Program-made: the position numbers and the translations under genes
Shown here: in pieces, positions 43,187 through 56,713 of the stretch
Layout of the letters: each line of letters begins with the position of its first letter
Numbering within the stretch: position 1 is the stretch's first letter
Source: Chrysomallon squamiferum
Taxonomy: Eukaryota > Animalia > Mollusca
Direction of reading: 5' to 3'
Length of the DNA stretch: 64,000 nt
Assembly: GCA_012295275.1 (NCBI GenBank)
Contig: CM022667.1
Span: 11,718,001 to 11,782,000, forward strand
The notes under the pieces: model-generated
The model's database searches: none
What the model saw: the letters and a program-made list of their open reading frames with translations, nothing else
What the model was told of the DNA's origin: nothing

Positions 43187-43340
43187 GTAATTATATTCTG
43201 TTTGTCTATCTGTCATCACTGGTATTCTGTTTGTGTGTCTGTCACCACTGATATTCTGTTTGTGTGTCTGTCACCACTGATATTCTGTTTGTGTGTCTGT
43301 CACCACTGGTATTTTGTGTGTGTGTCTGTCACCACTGTTT
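43182..43340 (+). repeat. 29-bp tandem repeat starting at the PNP exon 2 donor
   Basis: cactg(g/a)tattctgtttgtgtgtctgtcac units at 43217, 43246, 43275 and 43304, with a partial unit at 43333. Confidence 0.9.
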
Positions 43341-43644
43341 TTCTGTTAGGTTGTCAGTGCTGGTGATATTTATATTCCATTTGTCTCTCTATCTGTGTAA
43401 ATGTGTGTTTGAGAGAAAAGGTGCATTTTTGTGTGTGTGTGTGTAATTTATTTCATATTTTTTAAATAATTTATATGTCCATAAGCATGTCACAGGATCT
43501 TTTTTATAACTGTTTTTTTTTTCTTCTTTTCTTTTTCCTTCTTTTTGATAAATGTTTCTAATAAAACTTTCATCTACAATTTGTTTTTCTTCTTTAATTT
43601 GAAACAGTAACTGGTTTTAAAAGAGAAATGTATAATTATTTCAG

Positions 43645-43748
43645 TTCCTGGACACGAAGGTAAACTAGTGTTTGGAAAGATGTGTGGAAAATCAGTGGTT
43701 CTCATGCAGGGACGAGCTCACTGCTACGAGGGATACTCACCACAAAAA
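43645..43748 (+). CDS. PNP: Purine nucleoside phosphorylase exon 3
   Basis: ttcag| acceptor and |gtaagg donor; 104 nt; VPGHEGKLVFGKMCGKSVVLMQGRAHCYEGYSPQK (QGRxHxYEG phosphate-binding motif). Not in the ORF track. Confidence 0.93.
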
Positions 43749-45936
43749 GTAAGGCACAACACACTCATATACAATCACTGGCTTTAACCTCTCGCAACCA
43801 ACCTTTTATTTTTTACAACCAAGCGTTTATTTTTCATAACCAAGCTTTTCTCAAGATATGACAAAATGTAGATCATGTTGTCATTATCCTTTCAACAGTA
43901 AGCATATTTATTTATTTATTACACTATGAGACATTAGAAAATATATTTTAGATTCATATGCAATGAACAATTTGATCTGTAAATTATTTTGTTTCTGAAT
44001 AACATTTTTATCAGAACCTCGTGTTAAAAAATAGATAAATGTGCTTTTTATGACAAATTTATTCAACAGGATAGTTGTATTGTCTGTTGTTTTTGTTTTT
44101 GTTTTTTTTAATCAATAATGTGCTGCTGGTATTGTCAGACTCACAACATGTGATGAGCCTATTCATTTATTTTACTGGCTAAAGCTGCTTTGTATAGTTT
44201 TAGGTACAACAGCAAGGTCAGAATCTGTGTTTGGATATTCGTAACATTATCTAACTGCTTAATTTAGTTGTGAGAGTTGTCAGTGTGCAGCTTCTAGATC
44301 CTAAATATGTTTCCATAATTATGTAAATAAATAAAAAACTAATAGTAGTAATGGTAGTAATGATGATGATGATAATGTCAGTAAGAATAATAATAATAAG
44401 CAGAAGAAGAAGGAAAAAAACAAAAGATAATAAATAATAAATAATGCTACTAATACTGTTAATAATAATAATAATAATGTGTCGGGTGTAATTTTTATAT
44501 GTGTAGATGACTGTCACTGCAAAGTTACAAATATGGATCACAAATATTGAACTTTGTCAGAATTTATTTTTTATGTACATGCTTTTTGAATAATTCTAGT
44601 TCAGCTGGTAGCAGGTGCATGTAAAATAAAATTTTACAGAGTTTTTTTATTATTATTATTATTTTATAAATATTTTAACATTAGCCCCTGTAGAGCCATG
44701 TATTACTGGTATGCAGCTTAAACTAAAACATGCTTTGTAAGTCGTTGCATTACACTTGGGACAGTATGTTGTTCACACAGAGATAAAACTACACAGATAT
44801 TTATTTATTCAGCATTTTATGTGATGTGATAAACTTACTGGAATATCAGTTTCATTAGTATTAACAAAAATATTGTTGTATTTAGTATCTGTCTGTTTAC
44901 TGGCCTTGTTTGCTGAAACTGACAGTTTAAAAGTTTTACTTTTGATTTCATTTTTATTTGTACTCACACACACACACACACACAGAGAGACAACACAGAA
45001 CAAAATGTAACTTATAAACAATTTAATAACTCAGAAACTTTTTTTTTGTTTCTATTTTATATATATGACTATTTATATGGGTACTTTTGTATATATTTTC
45101 AATGTCAAAACTGGACAGACATGGGACCATGAAAAAAGTCTGGTTTTGAGGGGTGTCTGGTTTATAGAGGTTTCAGAATTGAGATAACCATACAGTTTTG
45201 AACTTTTGAATTATTTTAAGAGTTAATTCAATATTGCAGCATTTTGCTGGATTCCAAGATGTTCAAAATAGGTATTAAAATGAATTACTGTTAACAAATA
45301 TTCCACCAATTAAATCTTGGTTATTCTTTATTTTGTTAAATAAATTTAGCATAAATACCAACAAACCAAACAAATTCCCCCCCCCTCAAAAAACAAACAA
45401 ACAAAAAAAACGAACAAAGAATAGAAACAATAATAGAAAACAAATTGTTCACAGTACTGGGAAATAAAATGAACTAAATTTGTTATTTTATTTGCCTTTC
45501 ATTACAGTAATTGCGAAATGTACATGTAGAAAAGGAGATAAAGCAACTTCATAAGTTAATCTAACTTTGTACAAACGAATTCAGAATATGGTGTGTTTCT
45601 TCCAGTTATTTAAACATCAGAGCTGTTAATTAATCTCTTAATAGGCTGCACACATGTAATTAGTTCTGCATTATCGCTTTTGTGGCTGTTCAAAGAATAA
45701 GTAATGTAATAGGCCAAATGATTGAAATCCATGGTTCTGGAGCTAAAATATACATCAAAGGAACACAATGGGACCAGATAATTTTGTCTGCTGCAGTTTA
45801 GAATGATAAATTTTAGTGTTGAAAGATAAGCAAATCATCAGACCAAGTAAAATAGCCAGTTTTGGGGGGAATTCCAGTTTACTAAGGGGCCTGTTATGAG
45901 TGGTTTCATTGTATGCTTTAAATTTGCATGAGTGAA

Positions 45937-45973
<37 letters not shown>

Positions 45974-46211
45974 TACATGTGCACATACGTTTCTGTGTGT
46001 ATGTTTGATGCATATGTTATTCTTCTGAATTATATTACTAACAGCCTTTTTATTATGCATATGTGTTCCTGTGTTTGTATATTTCTTTCAGCATTTTTGT
46101 AGATGAGTCCTGAAAGATTATACTTATGAAAATTAATAATTATAAACAGCAATATGTAAGTAAAGATGACAAAGATCTAGTTAAATAAATGAAATCTTTT
46201 TTTTTTTACAG

Positions 46212-46387
46212 ATAACACTGCCAGTGCGCACAATGAAACTGATGGGTGTCACTACGCTGATAGTGACAAACGCTGCTGGTGGAATTAATGAGAATTACAA
46301 AGTTGGGGATGTCATGATAATCAAGGATCACATTAATCTGGCTGGATTTGCTGGAGTTAATCCACTTGTTGGTCTGAATGATGACAG
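46212..46387 (+). CDS. PNP: Purine nucleoside phosphorylase exon 4
   Basis: ttacag| acceptor and AG|gtatgt donor; 176 nt; [26 protein letters not shown]...DHINL...[10 protein letters not shown]. Confidence 0.95.
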
Positions 46388-46460
46388 GTATGTAATCAGA
46401 ACAGTAGTAATAGTAACAACTGCAGCATGTGCCTCTCTGTTTTATCATTGATATTTGTTT

Positions 46461-46854
46461 GGGAACTACAAGATATGTCTCTCTGTCTCTGTTTCAGTAT
46501 TAATATCAGTTTGAGAACTACAAGATGTGTCTCCCTGCCTCTGTTTCAGTATTAATATTAGTTTGAGAACAAGATGTGTTTCTCTGTGTTTCAGTAACAA
46601 TATCAGTTTGAGAACAAGTTGTGTCTCTTTGTCTCTCTTTCAGTATTAATGTTTGAGAACTACAAGATGTGTCTTTCAGTCTCTATAGTCTGTTTCAGTA
46701 TTAATGTTAATTTGAGAACAACAAGATGTGTCTTTCTGTCTCTGTTTCAGTATTAATGTTAATTTGAGAACAACAAGATGTGTCTCCCAGTCTCTGTTTC
46801 AGTATTAATATTAACTTGAGAACAACAAGACATGTTTTTCTGTCTCCATTTCAG
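46461..46854 (+). repeat. About 50-bp tandem repeat, 8 units, filling PNP intron 4 (second copy about 53811-54204)
   Basis: gagaac(t/a)acaagatgtgtct...ctgtttcagtattaat units; the last unit ends at the true exon 5 acceptor. Confidence 0.92.
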
Positions 46855-47045
46855 GTTTGGTCCTCGATTTCCTGCCTTGTCTCATGCCTATGACCTTGAA
46901 CTACGAAATCTGGCTAAAAAGATCGTCAAGGAAATGGGTTTTGAGAGTTTTTTCCAGGAAGGCGTGTACAGCATGATGGTTGGCCCCTCATTCGAAACAG
47001 TCACAGAATGTAAATTCCTCAAACTTATAGGGATAGATGCAACAG
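46855..47045 (+). CDS. PNP: Purine nucleoside phosphorylase exon 5
   Basis: tttcag| acceptor and G|gtaaaa donor; 191 nt; FGPRFPALSHAYD...EGVYSMMVGPSFETVTE...GIDAT; includes the base-binding Glu (GPSFET). Confidence 0.95.
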
Positions 47046-47311
47046 GTAAAAAAAAAAAATAATAATAATAATAATAATCAGCTTGATCTCTCCATTGTAA
47101 CAATTTATTTCTACCATCTATCTATTAATTACAGGTGTATTTTGACTTTAATTACAGGTGCATTTTGACTTTCATACCCATTAATTGCGATTCAACTTTG
47201 TACCTGTTAATTAGAAGTGTCTGCTTATACTTTCGTCCTCTTAATTCCTGGGCTTTTCGTTTCTTCCTGCCTGCAAATTACAGGTGTATTTTTACTCTCT
47301 GATCTTTACAG

Positions 47312-47514
47312 GTATGAGTACAGTACCTGAGGTGACAGTCGCTCGTCACTGCAGCATGCGAGTGTTTGGCCTCTCTCTCATCACAAATGAATGCGTCATG
47401 GATTACGACTCGACTAGATTCGCCAACCACGAAGAAGTGCTACAAACTGCAGACGGTCGAAGCAAAGACCTACAGCAGTTTATATCCAAGTTCATAGAAC
47501 AACTCAAGTTATAA
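47312..47514 (+). CDS. PNP: Purine nucleoside phosphorylase exon 6 (terminal)
   Basis: ttacag| acceptor; GMSTVPEV...SLITN...ANHEEVL...KL*; the Asn of ITN is typical of 6-oxopurine-specific PNP; the repaired CDS from exon 1b would be 291 aa. Confidence 0.95.
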
Positions 47515-47680
47515 TGTGATCTACACCTGTTGTAATACTGAACAGCGTGGCATTATATATCATAATATTCTACATATTATGATATATAAACCACATCTTC
47601 CTTTCCTTCTGAGATTGATTTTTAAAAAGACAAAACAGTTGTTTGTTAGATATTTAATATTATAGTAAATGGAAAAAAAT

Positions 47681-47711
<31 letters not shown>

Positions 47712-49324
47712 CGGGGTGTTTTGTTATTTGTTAGTAATTGTAAAGTAGTAATGTTTGGGGTATTGACCTAAACAGATAGATTTGTAAACAAAACAGAAAT
47801 ATGTAAACAAAAGAGAGGTTTGTAAACAAGACAGAGATATAAGTAAACAGAAAGACACTATATTTTATGAATTTATTATTAGAAAAATAGTTTTAAGATT
47901 ATGGGAAAAAAAAATCACTGTTGAATAATTTTTCCTTATTTTTTTTTTTTATTCTGTTAATCATGAAGTTCAAATGAGCCAAAGAGAAATAAGAAAAATG
48001 TTTTTATAAAATATGAGAGCTTTAATAACTAGAGACAAACAATGGCTTTACCTTCAGCTTGTCTGATGATAAAACTAGATGGAAGTTACATCAACAGATA
48101 TTTAATTTATGATTTAAAATTTTTAACTTTGTTGGCCTAATGCATTTAAAAAAAAAAAAAAAAAAACATTATCTTTTTAATTGTTATTTTGAACATTAAC
48201 AGAAGATTTTGAGTCTGCATATTAAATATGTATGTCAAAATTATACTGAATGTTTTTTTTGTTTTTTTGAAAGAATGAATTATATATTACATAAATAAAA
48301 TATTAATTACCCATACATTGTATATATATGGTGTCAATTTGGCAAATTTTATTGGGTCATCTTACATTAGATTAGGAAAAAATTTGATTAAATAAAAAAT
48401 ATAAATGTAACCACTTTACACAAGATAGTTTATCAATGTTAGATCTGAGGAACTTAAAACCTGGCCTGTTATTCTTAATTCTTAACTTGACTGATTAATG
48501 CAAATACCTGTTTATATAGGTTTATGGATGTCTTAAAATGTTTAGTACGACAGGATCTTCACTCAGGTGATGGTAAATGCAGATTTGTGTGTACAGCACT
48601 TACTGGGTTTTAGAAAAACGTGAAGAAGATAAGTAAGTTACAGATTTGTGTGTAAAACCCAATACTCTTGTATTCTGTTAGAAGATAAACATTTGTGTTT
48701 GTCTGATGTTTGTAATACCGGTTCTTACTGATCTCCTATTGGTTAAAAAAAATCATAGCATTTAAAACTGTTTAAATTATCAGAGTTTGTTGTAATAGTA
48801 TGTTGTGAATACATTATTGATCCTGAACCAAAATCTGTGAAAATCATGTTTAAAAACAATGAACAAGACAAATGTATATTTTTTTTTAATTTTGTTAATT
48901 TCATTTCTGTTTAAGATTTCTTTTTTTTAACTTTGAATATATACATAATTATAATCACTGATAATTACAATATTATATGAGGCATTACACAAACACATTC
49001 ATATATATATACATTTACAAATTATTAATTTTAATTTTTTAACTATGTAACCTTTGCTATGATTAATAATCATTGTTATGTTTGTAATCCTGTGATTGAT
49101 TTAATTCCAACAGTGATACAAAAAAACATATCAGATACATATTAATATATATATTTATATATGTTATGTATATAAAGGGAACACAGTCAAAGAAACTTAA
49201 CACATTGCATTATAAAAGCTGAAATGTGGAAATATTAAATTATCTCCCTTTATTATTATCTCTTATTTTATTAGCATTATTTGTTTTCTTTTTTATTTCA
49301 GATTTTTTATGATTATTATTATTA

Positions 49325-49361
<37 letters not shown>

Positions 49362-52300
49362 GTATTGTTTGCATAATATATTTTAACCAGAAGCAGCTAG
49401 ATATGAATGATGAATTATTATCATCTAGTGTAAATTGATTTAATGCATTGACTACCATTGAAATAAGTTACTGAAACTAAAATTTTGTTTTTACTAAATC
49501 ATTTTGTATCCTTCACCTAAATTGTTTTAATCATAATACTTTTATTCTTTTGAAAGCATTTAATTGCTAAATATTTGTATAAAACAAATTTAACTGATAT
49601 CCTTTAACAGATGTTATAACAATAATTGGGCATAATAATAAATAAAACTCTTTTGGATGATTACTGAAATAGAATCTAAATTAATTGATGTAACTAAAAA
49701 ATAATTTAGTTTAATAATAAGAATGAGAACAATCTATAAAGCAGTTTAGAAATAACAGACTGAAATGTTTTAAATTATATAAATGTGAGACCTTTGACTT
49801 ACAGTTTTAAATAATATAAAATTATTTCCATATATACATGCTTACATTGCTTGGTTATGCTTTAAGATATGTAACCCTGTGAAAGATGAAAATTATTTTA
49901 CATTTTATTATTTTGTTTTATCTTCCTGTTTACATTTTCCTTAATTCTTGATTTTTTATTGACATTTTACATATATTATTGTCATTGTATGTTATTATAA
50001 TTATTATTATTATTATTTCATATATTATTTGAAACACTGTGTGAAATCTCAAAATTATAAATATCCCGGTAAGAGCTCGAGATTAAAATGTTTTTAAAAC
50101 AACTAAAATAAACAAGAACATTTTTACAATTTGAAGCACACACACATAAACACTCAAACAAACAAAAAATATGATGTAAAAGCACAAAAGTATAATTTGA
50201 TATTTATTGTAAGCCATTTTTTTTTTTTTTGGTTTTGTTGATGTTTTTTTTCTACCTTTTCATTTTACACAAACTGGTATATAAATTTATTTTATTCTAT
50301 TTTTTTTCATACTCAAAAATAAAAACTAATATTTAAATATATATATATATATTGAACAAGCTGATTTCGAAATTAATTTTATCAACAAGATAGTATTAAT
50401 GTTATCTTTATTTCTGCAACAACAGCTGTTTATTTAACTTTGAATATATTTTCCTGGTTATTTTTTTCACTTCTGCTGTGTTTAGTTTTAGACCTTTGTT
50501 AAATGGTAGTTGTTATTGGAGCTTTGTTTTGTCACTGTGACAGCTTGCTTTGTCTATTTATTCATTGCAATAAAACAATATCCTCTCTTTTATTTATTGG
50601 GTTGTTTTGTTTTGTTTTGTTTTATTATATTTTGTTTTGTTTTGTTTTGTTTTATTATATTTTGTTTTGTTTGTTTAAGGGGGTTATTTTTAAAAAATTT
50701 ATTCTTTTTTATTTATTTTATATATACATATATTTTTTTTATTATTATTATTATTTGTTTATTTAATTTTGTTATCGTTTAAATATTTTTTATTTATTTT
50801 ATTATTTATTATTATATATTATTTTATTAATTGTTTTTTGTTTTATTTATTTATTTATTTATTTATTATTTAGTTATTAGTCAACAATATTTTGGAATAT
50901 GTGATCAGATATCAACGGTATTAATAATAAATATATGGCTTAATTAGCTACTGTATGATAACATTATTTTTTATTTATTTATTGACTTACTTATTAACTT
51001 TATTTACTTCTTTCTTTTGTTATTTCTTTATTTTATCATTTTAATTTAACTTGTTTATTTATATTATTAGTTTATTTCCTTAACTGTTTATTAGTATACG
51101 CAGCCTGTCGACATTTATAATTTATTATTATTCTTAATGTGTTACGTTTACTGTGCAATAAAGAAAATTAAGTATACCCCACTCTTTTCAGAGATCAGAC
51201 TTTACTATTTTACTATAAATCAGTTATTATCATTATAATTATTGTTTTATACTTCATGGTGTAGTGTTCTGTAAAGTACCTGTGGGTTATATCATTGTTG
51301 TTTAATTTATTACTGGCAAGCAGCCTTTGGCAACAATAAAGTTTTACTAAAGTTCTAAGATGTTTATATTTTGGTTTATATAATGCTTTATTTCATAGTT
51401 GGAAGGCAGAGACAGGAAAATTATGCAGGTTACTTCAGGAAAAAATGATGTATTTGTAAATAAGTTAAATTTTAATTTGTGGTATTGTCAGACTCACAAC
51501 ATGTGATGAGCCTATTCATTTATTTTACTGGCTAAAGCTGCTTTGTATAGTTTTAGGTACAACAGCAAGGTCAGAATCTGTGTTTGGATATTCGTAACAT
51601 TATCTAACTGCTTAATTTAGTTGTGAGAGTTGTCAGTGTGCAGCTTCTAGATCCTAAATATGTTTCCATAATTATGTAAATAAATAAAAAACTAATAGTA
51701 GTAATGGTAGTAATGATGATGATGATAATGTCAGTAAGAATAATAATAATAAGCAGAAGAAGAAGGAAAAAAACAAAAGATAATAAATAATAAATAATGC
51801 TACTAATACTGTTAATAATAATAATAATAATGTGCGGGTGTAATTTTTATATGTGTAGACGACTGTCACTGCAAAGTTACAAATATGGATCACAAATATT
51901 GAACTTTGTCACAATTTATTTTTTATGTACATGCTTTTTGAATAATTCTAGTTCAGCTGGTAGCAGGTGCATGTAAAATAAAATTTTACAGAGTTTTTTT
52001 ATTATTATTATTATTTTATAAATATTTTAACATTAGCCCCTGTAGAGCCATGTATTACTGGTATGCAGCTTAAACTAAAACATGCTTTGTAAGTCGTTGC
52101 ATTACACTTGGGACAGTATGTTGTTCACACAGAGATAAAACTACACAGATATTTATTTATTCAGCATTTTATGTGATGTGATAAACTTACTGGAATATCG
52201 GTTTCATTAGTATTAACAAAAATATTGTTGTATTTAGTATCTGTCTGTTTACTGGCCTTGTTTGCTGAAACTGACAGTTTAAAAGTTTTACTTTTGATTT

Positions 52301-53285
52301 CATTTTTATTTGTACTCACACACACACACACACACAGAGAGACAACACAGAACAAAATGTAACTTATAAACAATTTAATAACTCAGAAACTGTTTTTTGT
52401 TTCTATTTTATATATATGACTATTTATATGGGTACTTTTGTATATATTTTCAATGTCAAAACTGGACAGACATGGGACCACGAAAAAAAGTCTGGTTTTG
52501 AGGGTTGTCTGGTTTATAGAGGTTTCAGAATTGAGATAACCATACAGTTTTGAACTTTTGAATTATTTTAAGAGTTAATTCAATATTGCAGCATTTTGCT
52601 GGATTCCAAGATGTTCAAAATAGGTATTAAAATGAATTACTGTTAACAAATATTCCACCAATTAAATCTTGGTTATTCTTTATTTTGTTAAATAAATTTA
52701 GCATAAATACCAACAAACCAAACAAATCCCCCCCCTCAAAAAAAACAAAAAAACAAAAACAAACAAAGAATAGAAACAATAATAGAAAACAAATTGTTCA
52801 CAGTACTGGGAAATAAAATGAACTAAATTTGTTATTTTATTTGCCTTTCATTACAGTAATTGCGAAATGTACATGTAGAAAAGGAGATAAAGCAACTTCA
52901 TAAGTTAATCTAACTTTGTACAAACGAATTCAGAATATGGTGTGTTTCTTCCAGTTATTTAAACATCAGAGCTGTTAATTAATCTCTTAATAGGCTGCAC
53001 ACATGTAATTAGTTCTGCATTATCGCTTTTGTGGCTGTTCAAAGAATAAGTAATGTAATAGGCCAAATGATTGAAATCCATGGTTCTGGAGCTAAAATAT
53101 ACATCAAAGGAACACAATGGGACCAGATAATTTTGTCTGCTGCAGTTTAGAATGATAAATTTTAGTGTTGAAAGATAAGCAAATCATCAGACCAAGTAAA
53201 ATAGCCAGTTTTGGGGGGAATTCCAGTTTACTAAGGGGCCTGTTATGAGTGGTTTCATTGTATGCTTTAAATTTGCATGAGTGAA

Positions 53286-53322
<37 letters not shown>

Positions 53323-53560
53323 TACATGTGCACATACGTTTCTGTGTGTATGTTTGATGCATATGTTATTCTTCTGAATTATATTACTAACAGCCTTTTT
53401 ATTATGCATATGTGTTCCTGTGTTTGTATATTTCTTTCAGCATTTTTGTAGATGAGTCCTGAAAGATTATACTTATGAAAATTAATAATTATAAACAGCA
53501 ATATGTAAGTAAAGATGACAAAGATCTAGTTAAATAAATGAAATCTTTTTTTTTTTACAG

Positions 53561-53736
53561 ATAACACTGCCAGTGCGCACAATGAAACTGATGGGTGTCA
53601 CTACGCTGATAGTGACAAACGCTGCTGGTGGAATTAATGAGAATTACAAAGTTGGGGATGTCATGATAATCAAGGATCACATTAATCTGGCTGGATTTGC
53701 TGGAGTTAATCCACTTGTTGGTCTGAATGATGACAG
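53561..53736 (+). CDS. PNP: Duplicated PNP exon 4 (partial copy lacking exons 1-3)
   Basis: Same sequence and splice sites as 46212-46387. Confidence 0.75.
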
Positions 53737-54204
53737 GTATGTAATCAGAACAGTAGTAATAGTAACAACTGCAGCATGTGCCTCTCTGTTTTATCATTGA
53801 TATTTGTTTGGGAACTACAAGATATGTCTCTCTGTCTCTGTTTCAGTATTAATATCAGTTTGAGAACTACAAGATGTGTCTCCCTGCCTCTGTTTCAGTA
53901 TTAATATTAGTTTGAGAACAAGATGTGTTTCTCTGTGTTTCAGTAACAATATCAGTTTGAGAACAAGTTGTGTCTCTTTGTCTCTCTTTCAGTATTAATG
54001 TTTGAGAACTACAAGATGTGTCTTTCAGTCTCTATAGTCTGTTTCAGTATTAATGTTAATTTGAGAACAACAAGATGTGTCTTTCTGTCTCTGTTTCAGT
54101 ATTAATGTTAATTTGAGAACAACAAGATGTGTCTCCCAGTCTCTGTTTCAGTATTAATATTAACTTGAGAACAACAAGACATGTTTTTTCTGTCTCCATT
54201 TCAG

Positions 54205-54395
54205 GTTTGGTCCTCGATTTCCTGCCTTGTCTCATGCCTATGACCTTGAACTACGAAATCTGGCTAAAAAGATCGTCAAGGAAATGGGTTTTGAGAGTTT
54301 TTTCCAGGAAGGCGTGTACAGCATGATGGTTGGCCCCTCATTCGAAACAGTCACAGAATGTAAATTTCTCAAACTTATAGGGATAGATGCAACAG
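54205..54395 (+). CDS. PNP: Duplicated PNP exon 5
   Basis: Same as 46855-47045 except a synonymous TTC/TTT change (47017 vs 54367). Confidence 0.75.
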
Positions 54396-54660
54396 GTAAA
54401 AAAAAAAAATAATAATAATAATAATAATCAGCTTGATCTCTCCATTGTAACAATTTATTTCTACCATCTATCTATTAATTACAGGTGTATTTTGACTTTA
54501 ATTACAGGTGCATTTTGACTTTCATACCCATTAATTGCGATTCAACTTTGTACCTGTTAATTAGAAGTGTCTGCTTATACTTTCGTCCTCTTAATTCCGG
54601 GCTTTTCGTTTCTTTCTGCCTGCAAATTACAGGTGTATTTTTACTCTCTGATCTTTACAG

Positions 54661-54863
54661 GTATGAGTACAGTACCTGAGGTGACAGTCGCTCGTCACTG
54701 CAGCATGCGAGTGTTTGGCCTCTCTCTCATCACAAATGAATGCGTCATGGATTACGACTCGACTAGATTCGCCAACCACGAAGAAGTGCTACAAACTGCA
54801 GACGGTCGAAGCAAAGACCTACAGCAGTTTATATCCAAGTTCATAGAACAACTCAAGTTATAA
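54661..54863 (+). CDS. PNP: Duplicated PNP exon 6
   Basis: Same translation as 47312-47514; acceptor and stop codon intact. Confidence 0.75.
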
Positions 54864-55034
54864 TGTGATCTACACCTGTTGTAATACTGAACAGCGTGGC
54901 ATTATATATCATAATATTCTACATATTATGATATATAAACCACATCTTCCTTTCCTTCTGAGATTGATTTTTAAAAAGACAAAACAGTTGTTTGTTAGAT
55001 ATTTAATATTATAGTAAATGGAAAAAAATGTTTA

Positions 55035-55065
<31 letters not shown>

Positions 55066-56676
55066 CGGGGTGTTTTGTTATTTGTTAGTAATTGTAAAGT
55101 AGTAATGTTTGGGGTATTGACCTAAACAGATAGATTTGTAAACAAAACAGAAATATGTAAACAAAAGAGAGGTTTGTAAACAAGACAGAGATATAAGTAA
55201 ACAGAAAGACACTATATTTTATGAATTTATTATTAGAAAAATAGTTTTAAGATTATGGGAAAAAAAAATCACTGTTGAATAATTTTTCCTTAATTTTTTT
55301 TTTATTCTGTTAATCATGAAGTTCAAATGAGCCAAAGAGAAATAAGAAAAATGTTTTATAAAATATGAGAGCTTTAATAACTAGAGACAAACAATGGCTT
55401 TACCTTCAGCTTGTCTGATGATAAAACTAGATGGAAGTTACATCAACAGATATTTAATTTATGATTTAAAATTTTTAACTTTGTTGGCCTAATGCATTTA
55501 AAAAAAAAAAAAAAAAAACATTATCTTTTTAATTGTTATTTTGAACATTAACAGAAGATTTTGAGTCTGCATATTAAATATGTATGTCAAAATTATACTG
55601 AATGTTTTTTTTGTTTTTTTGAAAGAATGAATTATATATTACATAAATAAAATATTAATTACCCATACATTGTATATATATGGTGTCAATTTGGCAAATT
55701 TTATTGGGTCATCTTACATTAGATTAGGAAAAAATTTGATTAAATAAAAAATATAAATGTAACCACTTTACACAAGATAGTTTATCAATGTTAGATCTGA
55801 GGAACTTAAAACCTGGCCTGTTATTCTTAATTCTTAACTTGACTGATTAATGCAAATACCTGTTTATATAGGTTTATGGATGTCTTAAAATGTTTAGTAC
55901 GACAGGATCTTCACTCAGGTGATGGTAAATGCAGATTTGTGTGTACAGCACTTACTGGGTTTTAGAAAAACGTGAAGAAGATAAGTAAGTTACAGATTTG
56001 TGTGTAAAACCCAATACTCTTGTATTCTGTTAGAAGATAAACATTTGTGTTTGTCTGATGTTTGTAATACCGGTTCTTACTGATCTCCTATTGGTTAAAA
56101 AAAATCATAGCATTTAAAACTGTTTAAATTATCAGAGTTTGTTGTAATAGTATGTTGTGAATACATTATTGATCCTGAACCAAAATCTGTGAAAATCATG
56201 TTTAAAAACAATGAACAAGACAAATGTATATTTTTTTTTAATTTTGTTAATTTCATTTCTGTTTAAGATTTCTTTTTTTTAACTTTGAATATATACATAA
56301 TTATAATCACTGATAATTACAATATTATATGAGGCATTACACAAACACATTCATATATATATACATTTACAAATTATTAATTTTAATTTTTAACTATGTA
56401 ACCTTTGCTATGATTAATAATCATTGTTATGTTTGTAATCCTGTGATTGATTTAATTCCAACAGTGATACAAAAAAACATATCAGATACATATTAATATA
56501 TATATTTATATATGTTATGTATATAAAGGGAACACAGTCAAAGAAACTTAACACATTGCATTATAAAAGCTGAAATGTGGAAATATTAAATTATCTCCCT
56601 TTATTATTATCTCTTATTTTATTAGCATTATTTGTTTTCTCTTTTTTATTTCAGATTTTTATGATTATTATTATTA

Positions 56677-56713
<37 letters not shown>

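Noticed and set aside
45108-45175. Imperfect inverted repeat aaactggaca / tgtctggttt resembling a MITE remnant
   Set aside because: Too short and degenerate; no outer termini or target-site duplication.
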